This document shows positions 20,062-28,749 of a stretch of 40,809 bases of DNA, piece after piece. How positions within the stretch are numbered: position 1 is the first letter of the stretch; the number at the start of each line of letters is the position of its first letter. Location: positions 1 to 40,809 of the forward strand of contig JBEGLK010000001.1 in the NCBI GenBank assembly GCA_041183605.1, given 5' to 3'. The position numbers were made by a program, and so were the translations under genes. The DNA comes from Pseudomonadota bacterium (GTDB taxonomy: Bacteria > Pseudomonadota > Gammaproteobacteria > Burkholderiales > Burkholderiaceae_C). The notes under the pieces are model-generated. The model made no database searches. It was not told the DNA's origin and saw only the letters and a program-made list of their open reading frames with translations.

Positions 20062-20928
20062 TTAATTCACGTTCTCGATCCGATAACCGTCACCCCAACG
20101 CTTGACGCGTCCGAAGGACGGCGAAGGGAAATGCGCTGTACAGCACAACGTGGGTGTATCGCAAAAACGCTCAAGGAAAGTACGCCTGGTAACGGCTGCA
20201 AGAACCGGGTCCTTGTCCCTGGCAAAAGAAAGTTCCGGATAGCGCATTTGCAGCGGCACGTGGATCAGGTCACCGGTCATCACGGCTTCGTCCTGCTTCT
20301 TGCCAAAGCAGAATGCCACATGTCCGGCCGTATGCCCCGGTGTGGGCAAGATCCTTACATGATCTCCGAGCTGGTAGTCGTCAGTGACGACCTCGGCCCT
20401 TCCAGCTTGAACAATCGGCAACACACTGTCTTGGTAGACCGGGTTTTCCTTTTGCTGGTTGGCGGCCTCGGTGGCCGCCAGTTCGTGCTGGCTAAAAACG
20501 TAACGTGCATTGGGAAACGTGGGCACCCATTGCCCGTTGACCAGGCGTGTATTCCAACCTGTATGGTCACCATGCAAGTGCGTGCACATGACATAGTCAA
20601 TGTCTTCCACCGCCAAACCCGCTGCAGCCAACGCCCGCATCCAGTTGGTGTCGGTCTTCATGTTCCATTCAGGCCGCGCGCGCGGCTTGTCGTTTCCCAG
20701 GCAACTGTCGACCAGAATGTTGTGATGGGGAGTCCTGACAACATAGGACTGGTAACAAAGGTTAAAGACGTCACCTGCGCCCAACGAGTGCGGCTCCAAC
20801 CAGCTTCGATTCTGCTCAAGCACTTCAGGCGTAAGGTCAGGCAGCATTTCCATCGCCGGGATGAATGGCGCATCAAGCTCCACAATGCGGTGGATCGTCA
20901 TGTCAGCCACGGAAAAATTCAAGCTCAT
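20062..20928 (-). CDS. Metallo-beta-lactamase-fold hydrolase (lactonase-like)
   Basis: THLHGDHTGWN (HxHxDH), TPGHTAGH, GDLIH and AHF motifs; AAGGAG RBS before MSLNFS. Confidence 0.88.
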   Translation of the reverse strand: MSLNFSVADMTIHRIVELDAPFIPAMEMLPDLTPEVLEQNRSWLEPHSLGAGDVFNLCYQSYVVRTPHHNILVDSCLGNDKPRARPEWNMKTDTNWMRALAAAGLAVEDIDYVMCTHLHGDHTGWNTRLVNGQWVPTFPNARYVFSQHELAATEAANQQKENPVYQDSVLPIVQAGRAEVVTDDYQLGDHVRILPTPGHTAGHVAFCFGKKQDEAVMTGDLIHVPLQMRYPELSFARDKDPVLAAVTRRTFLERFCDTPTLCCTAHFPSPSFGRVKRWGDGYRIENVN

Positions 20929-20941
20929 GGCTTTGCTCCTT

Positions 20942-21694
20942 TCATTGATTCTCATCCGAGAGAGGGATGTTCGTTGCGTCGAGTGCGGTGGCTCGCTCGT
21001 GGGTTGCGCCGATGTGCTGCCGCATGCGTCGCTCTGCCAGATCGGCGTCCCCGGCCTCGATCGCCTCATTGATTCGCGAGTGTATTTTGATCACTTGCTG
21101 GCGTGTGTCCATGGTGTCGTATTCCTCGGTCGTCGTCGAGACAACCACGCCATAAGAAATTGCGTACAGGAAAGTTGCCAGCAAATCGTTTTGACTGGCC
21201 GCGGCCACGGCCTTGTGCCACTGGATATTGGCCAGAGAAAATTCCGGAAAGTGGTCAACCGCCGCAACCAGATCTGCGTGTAATGACTTCAGCAACAGCA
21301 GATCTGCCTCCGTGCGATGCACCGCAGCCAGCCGTGCCAGCGCCGGCTCAAGGGCATCGCGTGTTTCCTGCAATGTGCGCAATGGCAGCCTCCGCCCCCG
21401 GACAAACTGTTCGATGGAATTTACCAGCGCTTCCTTTCCAGGCAAGGTCACGACATTGCCGCCAAAACGACCTGGCCTTGTCTCAACCAGTCCCTCTACC
21501 GCCAGCGTGCGCAAGGCCGCTCGCACCGATCCACGACTCAGTCCGGTCTGCTCAACCAGCGTTCGTTCAGGTGGAAGCGAGGCCCCTTCCGCGATCAGGC
21601 CGCGCAGAATGTCCGCACGCAGTTGATCCGCAAGAATATCTTGCGCCTTGGGTACGGATATCCGCTTCAGAACAATGGATTTGAGCTCATTCAT
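20942..21694 (-). CDS. GntR/FadR-family transcriptional regulator (wHTH + FCD)
   Basis: LPPERTLVEQTGLSRGSVRAALRTL helix-turn-helix; FCD features N..WH, H..I..AI, MRQH. Confidence 0.9.
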   Translation of the reverse strand: MNELKSIVLKRISVPKAQDILADQLRADILRGLIAEGASLPPERTLVEQTGLSRGSVRAALRTLAVEGLVETRPGRFGGNVVTLPGKEALVNSIEQFVRGRRLPLRTLQETRDALEPALARLAAVHRTEADLLLLKSLHADLVAAVDHFPEFSLANIQWHKAVAAASQNDLLATFLYAISYGVVVSTTTEEYDTMDTRQQVIKIHSRINEAIEAGDADLAERRMRQHIGATHERATALDATNIPLSDENQ

Positions 21695-21738
21695 TCTTTT
21701 ATTTGGGCAGGAATGCCATCGGTGAGAGCCATACTGAA

Positions 21739-22710
21739 CTACTTCTTTTCGATGTTCGCAGCCTTGACGATCTCGGCCCAGGTCTTGGTCTCCGACTCCA
21801 CAAAACTCTTGAGCTGCTTCGGATTCATGGGCATGGGTGTCGATCCAATCGAAGCCAGGTAAGCCACGGTTGCAGGGTCGACAGCAAAATCGTGCACGAT
21901 GGTGCTGAGCTTGGCAACGACCTCCGCCGGTGTCTTTTCCCGCACGACCACGCCGGCCCAGGCGACGAACTGGAAACCCGGAACACTTTCACCAACCGCC
22001 GGAATATTCGGCATGCTCGGCGCGCGTTTTTCGCTGGTGATCGCCAACCCCTTCAGGCGACCATCCTTGATGAACGGACCCACGGTATTGGTATCCAGGA
22101 AGGCAAAATCAAACTGACCGGCAGCTAGGTCGACCACCACCTGCGGTGAACCTTTGTACGGCACGTGCTCCACCGGCAAGCCATAACGTAGCTTGAAGAG
22201 TTCCGAGGCACCACGCGTCGAGTTGTTTCCGGTTGCAAAAAACATGGGTTTTTGGCGCTTCTTGGCTTCAGCAACAAACTCCTGAATATTGTTCGCAGGG
22301 AAATCAGACTTGACCGCAAGAACCATCGGGATGGACATGATGTTGCCGACCATGTCGAAGTCCTTGATCGGATCAAACGACAACTCCTTGTACAGGTTCG
22401 CATTGGCGCCATGCACCGAGTTGCCTGTTACAAACACCGTATAGCCATCTGCCGGCATACGCAGCACGTACTGGGCGGCAATGTTGCCGTCGGCACCAAC
22501 CCTGTTGTCAACAAGTACTGTCGCATTGATCTTGGCACGCATGTAATCTGCAAGCTTGCGCGCCAGATTGTCTGTTGTACTTCCTGCCGGAAAAGGAACA
22601 ACGAGCGTGACGGGTTTGGTGGGATAGGTCTGCGCATTCACCAGCCCGGGTGCAGAAAGCGCAATACCCAAAAATGCCAATGAAGCTGCCAAAAATGCTC
22701 TTTTTTTCAT
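21739..22710 (-). CDS. Bug/TctC-family periplasmic receptor
   Basis: YPTKPVTLVVPFPAGSTTD and HVPYKG motifs; signal peptide; GGAG RBS. Confidence 0.92.
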   Translation of the reverse strand: MKKRAFLAASLAFLGIALSAPGLVNAQTYPTKPVTLVVPFPAGSTTDNLARKLADYMRAKINATVLVDNRVGADGNIAAQYVLRMPADGYTVFVTGNSVHGANANLYKELSFDPIKDFDMVGNIMSIPMVLAVKSDFPANNIQEFVAEAKKRQKPMFFATGNNSTRGASELFKLRYGLPVEHVPYKGSPQVVVDLAAGQFDFAFLDTNTVGPFIKDGRLKGLAITSEKRAPSMPNIPAVGESVPGFQFVAWAGVVVREKTPAEVVAKLSTIVHDFAVDPATVAYLASIGSTPMPMNPKQLKSFVESETKTWAEIVKAANIEKK

Positions 22711-22742
22711 GGTTTGTCTCCTTTAATTTTTAGCTGAGAGAG

Positions 22743-23744
22743 TTAAATCTCGACGAGCTGCTTGCCAAGGTTGTCACCTCGCATCATGCGCACAAAGGCA
22801 TTTGGAATGTTTGCAAAACCCTTGACAACATCTTCCTTGAACTGGAGCGATCCCGCGTTTTTCCAGCCGGTCAAACGAGCCAACGCCTCATCACGCCGAT
22901 GCCACCAGTCATAGACCACAAAACCCTGCACCATCGCGCGCGTCGCGATCAGGCGCGAACTGGCGCGCAGACCCTGATCCTGGTCGGCCGGCTTGTTCGC
23001 AACCGCCACGCGCCCAACAATCGCAACCCGGGCATTAAGGGCCAAATTCTTCAACACAGCATCGTGAATCGGTCCGCCAGTGCCGTCAAAAAACACATTG
23101 ACACCCGCAGGACAGCAACGCGCGATGGCCGCCACCAGATCAGGTGTAGCCCGGTAATTGATCACCTCATCAAAACCGATGGTTTTGCACCAGTCGAGCT
23201 TGGCGTCGGAACCGGCAATCCCGATCACCCGACAGCCGGCCAATTTGGCGATCTGCCCGGCGATTTGCCCGACTGCGCCAGCAGCCGCCGATACCACCAC
23301 CACATCACCGGGCCGCGGGCGGGCAACATCGAGCATCGCAAAATAAGCGGTGAGACCGGGCATGCCGAGCCAGGACAGCGCCGATTGCACTGGCGCAATG
23401 TCGGCATTAACCTTGTTGACCTTGGCAGCGCCGGGCTGGTCCGGCGTGAGAACCGCATACTCTTGCCAACCCACATCCAGAGCCTCGGCAATATCGCCAA
23501 CCTTCCAAGCCGGGTGATTGGAAGCAATCACCTCACCAATACCACCACCCTGCATCAAATCGCCCAGCTGCATCACACCAGGATAAAGCCGGCCACGCAT
23601 GTAGGGATCAACCGAGAGCCACAGTGTCCTGACCAGAATCTGTCCAACTCCCGCTTGCGGCATCTCAGCTTCAACCAGCTTCCAGGTGTTCTGGTCAGCT
23701 TCCGCCTGCGGATGCGCAGCCAATACCCAACGACGATTCTTCAT
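22743..23744 (-). CDS. NADP-dependent oxidoreductase (MDR, CurA/prostaglandin reductase-like enone reductase)
   Basis: LSVDPYMRG, LGMPGLTAY, SAAAGAVG and GDNLGK motifs; no Zn ligands. Confidence 0.88.
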   Translation of the reverse strand: MKNRRWVLAAHPQAEADQNTWKLVEAEMPQAGVGQILVRTLWLSVDPYMRGRLYPGVMQLGDLMQGGGIGEVIASNHPAWKVGDIAEALDVGWQEYAVLTPDQPGAAKVNKVNADIAPVQSALSWLGMPGLTAYFAMLDVARPRPGDVVVVSAAAGAVGQIAGQIAKLAGCRVIGIAGSDAKLDWCKTIGFDEVINYRATPDLVAAIARCCPAGVNVFFDGTGGPIHDAVLKNLALNARVAIVGRVAVANKPADQDQGLRASSRLIATRAMVQGFVVYDWWHRRDEALARLTGWKNAGSLQFKEDVVKGFANIPNAFVRMMRGDNLGKQLVEI

Positions 23745-23795
23745 TCACTTAACCCTTTAATTTACAAAATTTCAAATAACGCACTTACAACAGTT

Positions 23796-23922
23796 CAATA
23801 ATTTATTGGTCAACCTACGACCATTGAATTTAACAGAAAATTAGCATGCATAGTTGCAAACTTTGAACATTAAAGCAAGCGAATGATTGATGGTTAACAA
23901 TTGATGTTAATTCGGGTATCAT
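23796..23922. promoter_or_regulatory. Divergent AT-rich control region with candidate operators and a rightward sigma70 promoter
   Basis: TGGTC-N7-GACCA at 23807-23823; CAATAA-T-TTATTG at 23796-23808; TTAACA(23894-23899)-N17-TATCAT(23917-23922) on the + strand. Confidence 0.55.
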
Positions 23923-24002
23923 CCTCATCGATAACGCAATGCGGGAGCCCTCAAATTGAACCCGCATGCCTTTCACCCCAACACACATCACAAAGGACCA
24001 AT

Positions 24003-25172
24003 ATGTTTAATCTCACAGGAGAACAGAGTGCGATCGTTGACGGCGTAACAGCGGTGTGCAAGCGTTTTGGCGACGATTACTGGGCTGCTTGCGAAAAAGA
24101 TGAGCGTTTCCCCAAGGAATTCCACCGTGCCATGGCAGATGACGGTTGGCTCGGTGTCACGATGCCTGAGCAATATGGAGGCGCCGGCTTGGGCATCAAG
24201 GAAGCAGCACTGGTGATGCACACCGTAGCTTCCAACGGCGGCGGCATGGCGGCAACGTCCTCCATTCACATGAACATGTTTGGCCCGCATCCGATGCTGG
24301 TACATGGCACACCGGAGCAAAAGGACCGCTGGATTCCCGACCTCGTCGCTGGCAAGGCCCAGGTCTGTTTTGGCGTTACCGAGCCCGACGCCGGCCTTGA
24401 CACCACGAGTATCAAAACCTTCGCCAAGAAGGTCGAGGGTGGCTACCGCGTCAACGGCAGAAAAATGTGGTGCTCAACGGCCCAGGTCGCCCACAAGATC
24501 CTGCTTTTGACTCGCACTGCTGAAAAACCGAAGAAGGGTCAGGGCAAGCCGACCGACGGCATGACACTTTTCTATACCGATCTGGATCGCAGCAAGATCG
24601 AGGTTCGACGCATCCCAAAACATGGACGCGCGGCGGTGGACTCAAACGCGCTTTTTATTGACGACTACTTCATCCCTGAATCAGACCGAATCGGTGAAGA
24701 AGGCAAGGGCTTCCATTACCTGCTCGACGGGCTCAATCCTGAGCGTTGCCTGATTGCGGCGGAGTCCATTGGCATTGGTCAGGATGCGCTTCGCCGGGCT
24801 GCCAAATATGCGCGTGAACGCGTTGTTTTTGGCCGCCCGATCGGCATGAACCAGGGCATTCAGCACCCACTGGCAGAGAATTGGATCGCGCTCGAAGCTG
24901 CCTTGCTGATGACCGAACGCGCGATCGACCTCTATGACGCTGGCAAACCCTGCGCTGCCGAAGCCAACAGCGCCAAGCTGCTGGGTTCACGTGCCGGTTA
25001 CCAGGCTTGCCAGCAAGCGGTGCTTACGCTCGGTGGCATGGGTTATGCCAAGGAGTATGTCGTCGAGCGCCTGTTGCGCGAGGTTCTCGTTTGCCGCATC
25101 GGGCCAATCACCGATCAGATGATTCTCAACTTCATCGGTGAAAAAGTGCTCGACCTGCCGAAGTCTTACTAA
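24003..25172 (+). CDS. Acyl-CoA dehydrogenase
   Basis: PEQYGGAG, FGVTEPDAG, NGRKMW, GEEGKGF, RVVFGRPIG and LGGMGYAKEY motifs; AAGGA RBS before MFNLTG. Confidence 0.92.
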   Translation: MFNLTGEQSAIVDGVTAVCKRFGDDYWAACEKDERFPKEFHRAMADDGWLGVTMPEQYGGAGLGIKEAALVMHTVASNGGGMAATSSIHMNMFGPHPMLVHGTPEQKDRWIPDLVAGKAQVCFGVTEPDAGLDTTSIKTFAKKVEGGYRVNGRKMWCSTAQVAHKILLLTRTAEKPKKGQGKPTDGMTLFYTDLDRSKIEVRRIPKHGRAAVDSNALFIDDYFIPESDRIGEEGKGFHYLLDGLNPERCLIAAESIGIGQDALRRAAKYARERVVFGRPIGMNQGIQHPLAENWIALEAALLMTERAIDLYDAGKPCAAEANSAKLLGSRAGYQACQQAVLTLGGMGYAKEYVVERLLREVLVCRIGPITDQMILNFIGEKVLDLPKSY

Positions 25173-25192
25173 TCTCGACAAGAGCACAAAGC

Positions 25193-26398
25193 ATGACGAT
25201 CAAACCACTTGCCGGCATCAAGGTGCTTGACTTCTCGAAAACACTTGCGGGGCCGCTGTGCACCCAGGCACTGGGCGACCTCGGCGCCGAGGTGATCAAG
25301 GTCGAGGCCCTCAAGCTTGGCGACGAAACCCGCGGCTGGCCACCGTTTCGGCGCGAAGGACTGGGCACGGTGTTCCTTTGCGTCAATCGCAACAAGCGCA
25401 GCATCGCGCTCGATCTCAAAACTGACGCAGGTCGTGCCATCGCGCACCAACTCGCCAAAGAGGCCGACATCGCCATCGAGAGTTTTGGCACCGGTGTGGC
25501 CGAGCGCCTGGGTATCGACGCGACCACCTTGCAGTCGCTCAACGAGCGTCTGATCCATTGCAGCATCTCGGGTTTTGGTCGCACCGGCCCGCTCAAAGAC
25601 CTGGGCGGCTACGACGTGATCCTGCAGGCCTTCAGTGGCATGATGTCTTTGACCGGTGAAGAAGGCGGCGGCTACATCCGCAGCCCGGTCTCGCCAATAG
25701 ACCAAATGACGGGCACCCATGCCCTGACCGGCATCCTGGCCGCGCTGATCGAGCGCGGCAAAACCGGCAAAGGCACAACCGTCAACGTCAACCTGCTCGA
25801 GAGCTCGCTGGGCCTGCTGCGTTACAACCTGCAGAGTTACTGGGAGCGTGGCGAGCAGCCCCCCAAGTGCGGCTCCACCCACGAAGCGCTGTGTCCCTAC
25901 CGGGCCTTTGAAGCGTCCGACGGCCCAATCCTGCTGGGTGTCGCCAACGACGGTCTGTGGCGCAAGTTCTGTGCACTTGCCGACCTCAATGACATCGTCG
26001 ACCACCCCAAGTTCAAGACCAACGCCTTGCGTGCGTCCCACCGCGCCGAAACAGACGAAATTGTGCAAGAGGCTATCGCCAAGCGCAGCGCGGCCTTCTG
26101 GAATGACGAACTCGCCAAGATCGGCGTGCCCTGTGCGCCAATCAACACACTCAAACAAGTGGTGGAACATCCGCACACCGAGGCCAGTGGCTTCATCGTG
26201 AAATACAACCATCCTCACGGTGGCCCTGTGCAATCGGTGGGCCAGCCCTTTGTGCTGGGCGACGAGCCGCGCGAAGCCGGCAGTCCACCACCACTCCATG
26301 GAGAACACACCCAGGAGATCCTGCAGGAGTTGGGCTTTACCAAGGAAAAAATCGGTGAACTCGCTGCTTCGAAGGTCATTACCTGGCCAACTCTGTAA
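25193..26398 (+). CDS. CaiB/BaiF family III CoA-transferase
   Basis: PLAGIKVLDFS...AGP, LGAEVIKVE, NRNKRS, GYD (catalytic Asp) and GEHT motifs. Confidence 0.93.
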   Translation: MTIKPLAGIKVLDFSKTLAGPLCTQALGDLGAEVIKVEALKLGDETRGWPPFRREGLGTVFLCVNRNKRSIALDLKTDAGRAIAHQLAKEADIAIESFGTGVAERLGIDATTLQSLNERLIHCSISGFGRTGPLKDLGGYDVILQAFSGMMSLTGEEGGGYIRSPVSPIDQMTGTHALTGILAALIERGKTGKGTTVNVNLLESSLGLLRYNLQSYWERGEQPPKCGSTHEALCPYRAFEASDGPILLGVANDGLWRKFCALADLNDIVDHPKFKTNALRASHRAETDEIVQEAIAKRSAAFWNDELAKIGVPCAPINTLKQVVEHPHTEASGFIVKYNHPHGGPVQSVGQPFVLGDEPREAGSPPPLHGEHTQEILQELGFTKEKIGELAASKVITWPTL

Positions 26399-26425
26399 CA
26401 AAACATTCAATTCGAGGATTGACCC

Positions 26426-27310
26426 ATGTACCTTAGATCCTGGCTATATGTTCCGGGCGACAACGACAGAAAATTAAGCAAGGCTGACGCCAGTGGCGCT
26501 GATGCTGTGGTGCTGGACCTGGAGGATTCGGTTGCTGAAAACAATCGGCCGAACGCACGGCGCAAAGTGCGCGAGTTCCTTGACACACGCCCTATTGGCC
26601 AGCGCAAATACCAATTGTGGGTGCGCATCAATGCCTTCGACGACTCAGCCCTGGTTGATCTGGCCGCTGTAGTCGGTGGCGCCCCTGACGGCATTGTGCT
26701 GCCAAAAATTGACGGGCCTGAAGATGTCCAGCACCTGAGCTACCTGCTGGATGCACTCGAAGTGCGCGAAGGAATTCCGCTGGGTCAGACCAAAATTGTT
26801 GCCGTAGCAACCGAAACGCCCGCTGCGGTACTCCGGCTGGCCGAGTTCTCCAAGGTCTCCCTGCCCCGTCTGTTGGGCTTGAACTGGGGTGCCGAAGACC
26901 TGAGCGCGGCCATTGGCGCGTCCACCAACGTCGACAGCAGCGGGCGTTGGGCACTGACTTACCGCTGGACGCGATCGGCCGTATTGCTCGCCGCCAAGGC
27001 CGCCGGTGTGCAAGCCATCGAGACCGTCTATGTTGATTACAAGGACTCCGAGGGTTTGCGGGCGTCCTGTCGCGAGGCAGCGCAAGAGGGTTTCACCAGC
27101 CGCGCAGCGATCCACCCGGACCAGGTGGCACCCATCAACGAAACCTTCGCGCCCTCACCCGAAGAGGTGTTGCTGGCCCAAAAAATTGTTGCAGCTTTCG
27201 ACAAGGCCGAAGGTGTGGGAACCATTGGCATCGATGGAAAGATGTTCGATATTCCGCATCTCAAGCGTGCGCGCAACGTACTCAATCTGCACAAAAAATA
27301 CTCCGCATGA
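26426..27310 (+). CDS. CitE/malyl-CoA lyase-like CoA-ester lyase (HpcH/HpaI superfamily)
   Basis: RSWLYVPG, LDLEDSV, WVRIN, LPK, ETP, GAEDL, IHP.Q and GKMFD.PH motifs. Confidence 0.9.
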   Translation: MYLRSWLYVPGDNDRKLSKADASGADAVVLDLEDSVAENNRPNARRKVREFLDTRPIGQRKYQLWVRINAFDDSALVDLAAVVGGAPDGIVLPKIDGPEDVQHLSYLLDALEVREGIPLGQTKIVAVATETPAAVLRLAEFSKVSLPRLLGLNWGAEDLSAAIGASTNVDSSGRWALTYRWTRSAVLLAAKAAGVQAIETVYVDYKDSEGLRASCREAAQEGFTSRAAIHPDQVAPINETFAPSPEEVLLAQKIVAAFDKAEGVGTIGIDGKMFDIPHLKRARNVLNLHKKYSA

Positions 27311-28023
27311 TCAACAAGATAGCCAACTCGATCAACGAGGCGCTTGCCGGAGTCACCGACGGCGCCACCATTTTGATTGGCGGTTTCGGTACTGCGGGAA
27401 TCCCGAACGAGCTCATTGGGGGCCTGATTGAGCAGGGTGCCCGTGATCTCACCGTGGTTAACAACAACGCCGGCAACGGAGACACCGGACTGGCTGCCTT
27501 GCTCAAAACCGGCCGCGTTCGCAAGATCATCTGCAGTTTCCCGCGCCAGGTTGACTCCTTTGTCTTTGACGAGTTATACCGCAGTGGAAAAATTGAACTC
27601 GAACTGGTTCCGCAAGGCAATCTGGCCGAACGCCTGCGCGCGGCAGGTGCAGGGGTTGGCGCCTTCTACACACCCACAGGATTTGGCACAGAGCTGGCAA
27701 AAAACCAGGATGGCAGCCTCAAGGAAACCCGCGTCATCCAGGGCAAATCCTATGTGCTTGAGTATCCAATCTACGGTGATGTGGCACTGATCAAGGCTGA
27801 AGCGGGCGATCGCTGGGGCAACCTGGTCTACCGCAAGGCGGCTCGTAACTTTGGCCCCGTGATGGCAACTGCCGCCAAGTACACGGTAGCCACGGTACAC
27901 GATGTCGTTGAACTCGGGTCCCTTGACCCCGAAGTCGTGGTAACACCCGGTATCCACGTCTCCAAGATTGTCAAGATTGATCGCGTCGCCACCCGCGCCG
28001 GTGGCTTCAAAAACGCGGTGTAA
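27307..28023 (+). CDS. pcaI: 3-oxoadipate/3-oxoacid CoA-transferase subunit A
   Basis: MINKI, GGFGTAGIP, NNNAGNG, ICSFPRQ, PQGNLAER and ARNFGP motifs. Confidence 0.85.
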   Translation: MINKIANSINEALAGVTDGATILIGGFGTAGIPNELIGGLIEQGARDLTVVNNNAGNGDTGLAALLKTGRVRKIICSFPRQVDSFVFDELYRSGKIELELVPQGNLAERLRAAGAGVGAFYTPTGFGTELAKNQDGSLKETRVIQGKSYVLEYPIYGDVALIKAEAGDRWGNLVYRKAARNFGPVMATAAKYTVATVHDVVELGSLDPEVVVTPGIHVSKIVKIDRVATRAGGFKNAV

Positions 28024-28035
28024 GGGAACAAGAAC

Positions 28036-28683
28036 ATGGGTGAATACAAAAAGCGCAGCAAGGACGAACTGGCGAGACGCGTGGCGCAGGACATCTTTGA
28101 TGGCGCCTACGTCAATCTGGGCATCGGCATGCCCACCGCAGTGGCCAACCACATTCCCGCAGGCATCGAAGTGATCCTGCACAGTGAAAACGGCATTCTT
28201 GGGTTGGGGCCGGCTCCTGCGTCGGGCGCGGAAGATTACGACTTGATCAATGCCGGCAAACAACCCGTGACCCTGCTGCCTGGTGGTGTGTTTTTCCATC
28301 ACGCCGACAGTTTTGCCATGATGCGTGGTGGCCATCTGGATATTTGCGTGCTGGGTGCCTTTCAGGTTTCTGCCACGGGTGACCTGGCCAATTGGAGCAC
28401 GGGTGAGCCCGGCTCCATTCCCGCCGTTGGCGGCGCCATGGACCTTGCCATTGGCGCCAACCAGACCTGGGTCATGATGGAGCTGCTGACCAAAACCGGT
28501 GAGAGCAAGATCGTCAAGGAGTGCAGCTATCCCCTGACCGGGATCGGTTGTGTGGCACGTGTTTATACCGATCTGGCCACTTTCGAATGCAGCCCGGGCG
28601 GTTTGAAACTGATCGACACCGTTGAGGGCTTGCAGATCGAGGAACTGCAAGAGCTGGTCGGGTTACCTCTGCAACCCGCCTGA
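28036..28683 (+). CDS. pcaJ: 3-oxoadipate/3-oxoacid CoA-transferase subunit B
   Basis: YVNLGIGMPT, HSENG (catalytic Glu), MMRGGHLD and VGGAMDL motifs. Confidence 0.85.
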   Translation: MGEYKKRSKDELARRVAQDIFDGAYVNLGIGMPTAVANHIPAGIEVILHSENGILGLGPAPASGAEDYDLINAGKQPVTLLPGGVFFHHADSFAMMRGGHLDICVLGAFQVSATGDLANWSTGEPGSIPAVGGAMDLAIGANQTWVMMELLTKTGESKIVKECSYPLTGIGCVARVYTDLATFECSPGGLKLIDTVEGLQIEELQELVGLPLQPA

Positions 28684-28749
28684 CACTGATTTTCGGCTGT
28701 GCCTTCATCTCAATAAGTACGGCCCACTATGGCCGAAAGAAAGGTAACT

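Noticed and set aside
19672-21072. 466-aa + strand ORF
   Set aside because: Antisense to the ADH and MBL genes, which carry clear family motifs.
23887-23900. FNR-like box TTGAT-GGTT-AACAA (9/10 match)
   Set aside because: It overlaps the predicted -35 rather than sitting near -41.5, and is equally explained by the FadR-like motif in AT-rich DNA. Not excluded, but unsupported.
25169-28650. 413-aa and 358-aa minus-strand ORFs
   Set aside because: Mirror ORFs of the CaiB and PcaIJ genes with no independent coding signal.
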